From Betaproteobacteria bacterium (GTDB lineage: Bacteria > Pseudomonadota > Gammaproteobacteria > Burkholderiales > SG8-39): 64,000 bases of DNA. The translations under genes were made by a program, and so were the position numbers. This document shows positions 63,203-64,000 of the stretch, one piece after another. Numbering within the stretch: the first letter of the stretch is position 1; every line of letters starts with the position of its first letter. The notes beneath the pieces are model-generated. The model worked only from the letters and a program-made list of their open reading frames with translations. It ran no database searches and was not told where the DNA came from. The stretch lies in assembly GCA_005883675.1 (NCBI GenBank), contig VBCM01000097.1, positions 11,543-75,542 of the forward strand. Direction: 5' to 3'.

Positions 63203-64000
63203 TGTTCGAAAAGATCTTGATCGCCAACCGGGGCGAGATCGCGCTTCGCATTCAGCGCGCCTGCCGCGAGATGGGGATCCGTACGGTGGTGGTGCACTCG
63301 GAAGCCGATACCGAGGCCAAGTATGTCAAGCTGGCCGACGAGTCGGTATGCATCGGACCGCCGCCGGCGGCATCGAGCTACCTGAACATCCCGGCCATCA
63401 TCAGTGCCGCCGAAGTCACGGACGCCGAGGCGATTCACCCCGGCTACGGCTTTCTCGCCGAGAACGCGGACTTTGCCGAGAAGGTGGAACGCTCGGGCTT
63501 CGTGTTCATTGGGCCGCGGCCGGAGAACATCCGCCTGATGGGTGACAAGGTGAGCGCCAAGCAGGCGATGGCGAAAGCCGGGGTGCCGACGGTGCCCGGA
63601 TCGGACGGCGCCTTGCCCGAGGACGGTAAGGAAGTCGTGCGCATCGCGCGCAAGGTCGGCTATCCGGTCATCATCAAGGCGGCGGGCGGTGGCGGCGGCC
63701 GCGGCATGCGGGTCGTGCACACCGAGGCGGCGCTCCTTAACGCCGTGAACATGACCCGAGCCGAAGCCCAAGCGGCTTTTGCCAATCCGGTCATCTACCT
63801 GGAGAAGTATCTCGAGCGCCCGCGGCACATCGAGATCCAGGTGCTCGCCGACGCGCACAAGAACGCGATTCACTTGGGCGAGCGTGACTGCTCATTGCAG
63901 CGCCGCCATCAAAAAGTGATGGAAGAGGCGCCGGCGCCAGAGCTGCCATCCAAGCTGCGTGATCGGGTCGGCGAGCGCTGCGTCGACGCCTGCCGCAAGA
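63202..64000 (+). CDS. accC: acetyl-CoA carboxylase biotin carboxylase (3' end beyond the window)
   Basis: GTG 63202 (TAGTG overlap with accB). My translation reads [26 protein letters not shown]...[10 protein letters not shown]...[13 protein letters not shown]. Not in the ORF track because no stop falls in the window. Confidence 0.95.
   Translation, partial: MFEKILIANRGEIALRIQRACREMGIRTVVVHSEADTEAKYVKLADESVCIGPPPAASSYLNIPAIISAAEVTDAEAIHPGYGFLAENADFAEKVERSGFVFIGPRPENIRLMGDKVSAKQAMAKAGVPTVPGSDGALPEDGKEVVRIARKVGYPVIIKAAGGGGGRGMRVVHTEAALLNAVNMTRAEAQAAFANPVIYLEKYLERPRHIEIQVLADAHKNAIHLGERDCSLQRRHQKVMEEAPAPELPSKLRDRVGERCVDACRK

Overview
This is a GC-rich (about two-thirds G+C by eye, not computed) proteobacterial chromosome segment. 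Its gene order looks most like Betaproteobacteria (polA-DUF2782-thrB; ubiE-Tim44-ubiJ-ubiB; pyrR-pyrB-inactive pyrC; mreBCD-mrdA-rodA), which is inference only. I call about 75 features, nearly all core housekeeping: gatCAB, cell-shape and peptidoglycan genes, aceA-aceK, pilT/pilU, ubiquinone genes, polA, lipA/lipB, pyrimidine genes, thiD/thiE, hemL, mgtE, mpl and accBC. Genes are tightly packed, with many ATGA/GTGA/TTGA/TGATG stop-start overlaps. I saw no rRNA, tRNA, CRISPR array, IS/integrase/phage gene or recognisable defence or toxin system, so I do not claim a novel accessory system. The main anomaly is that at least a dozen well-conserved genes lack short internal blocks, estimated at 45-100 nt. 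Eight of these also shift frame: pyrE, proC, an ABC-2 permease, lipB, dat, yqgE, a TonB-like gene and mpl. Others keep an open frame: mreB, an SSS transporter, ampG, the aceK 3' end, and gatB fused to an upstream signal-peptide ORF. This is either an assembly or scaffold-gap artefact or real gene decay; the sequence alone cannot decide. Other items worth a second look: a PolA with three of the four 3'-5' exonuclease carboxylates replaced, a 534-aa protein with a PilZ-type RxxxR/DxSxxG motif pair at the head of the ubiquinone cluster, a secreted-type ORF inside gatCAB, a 52-aa Arg/Lys-rich ORF, and two genes with no canonical start codon.
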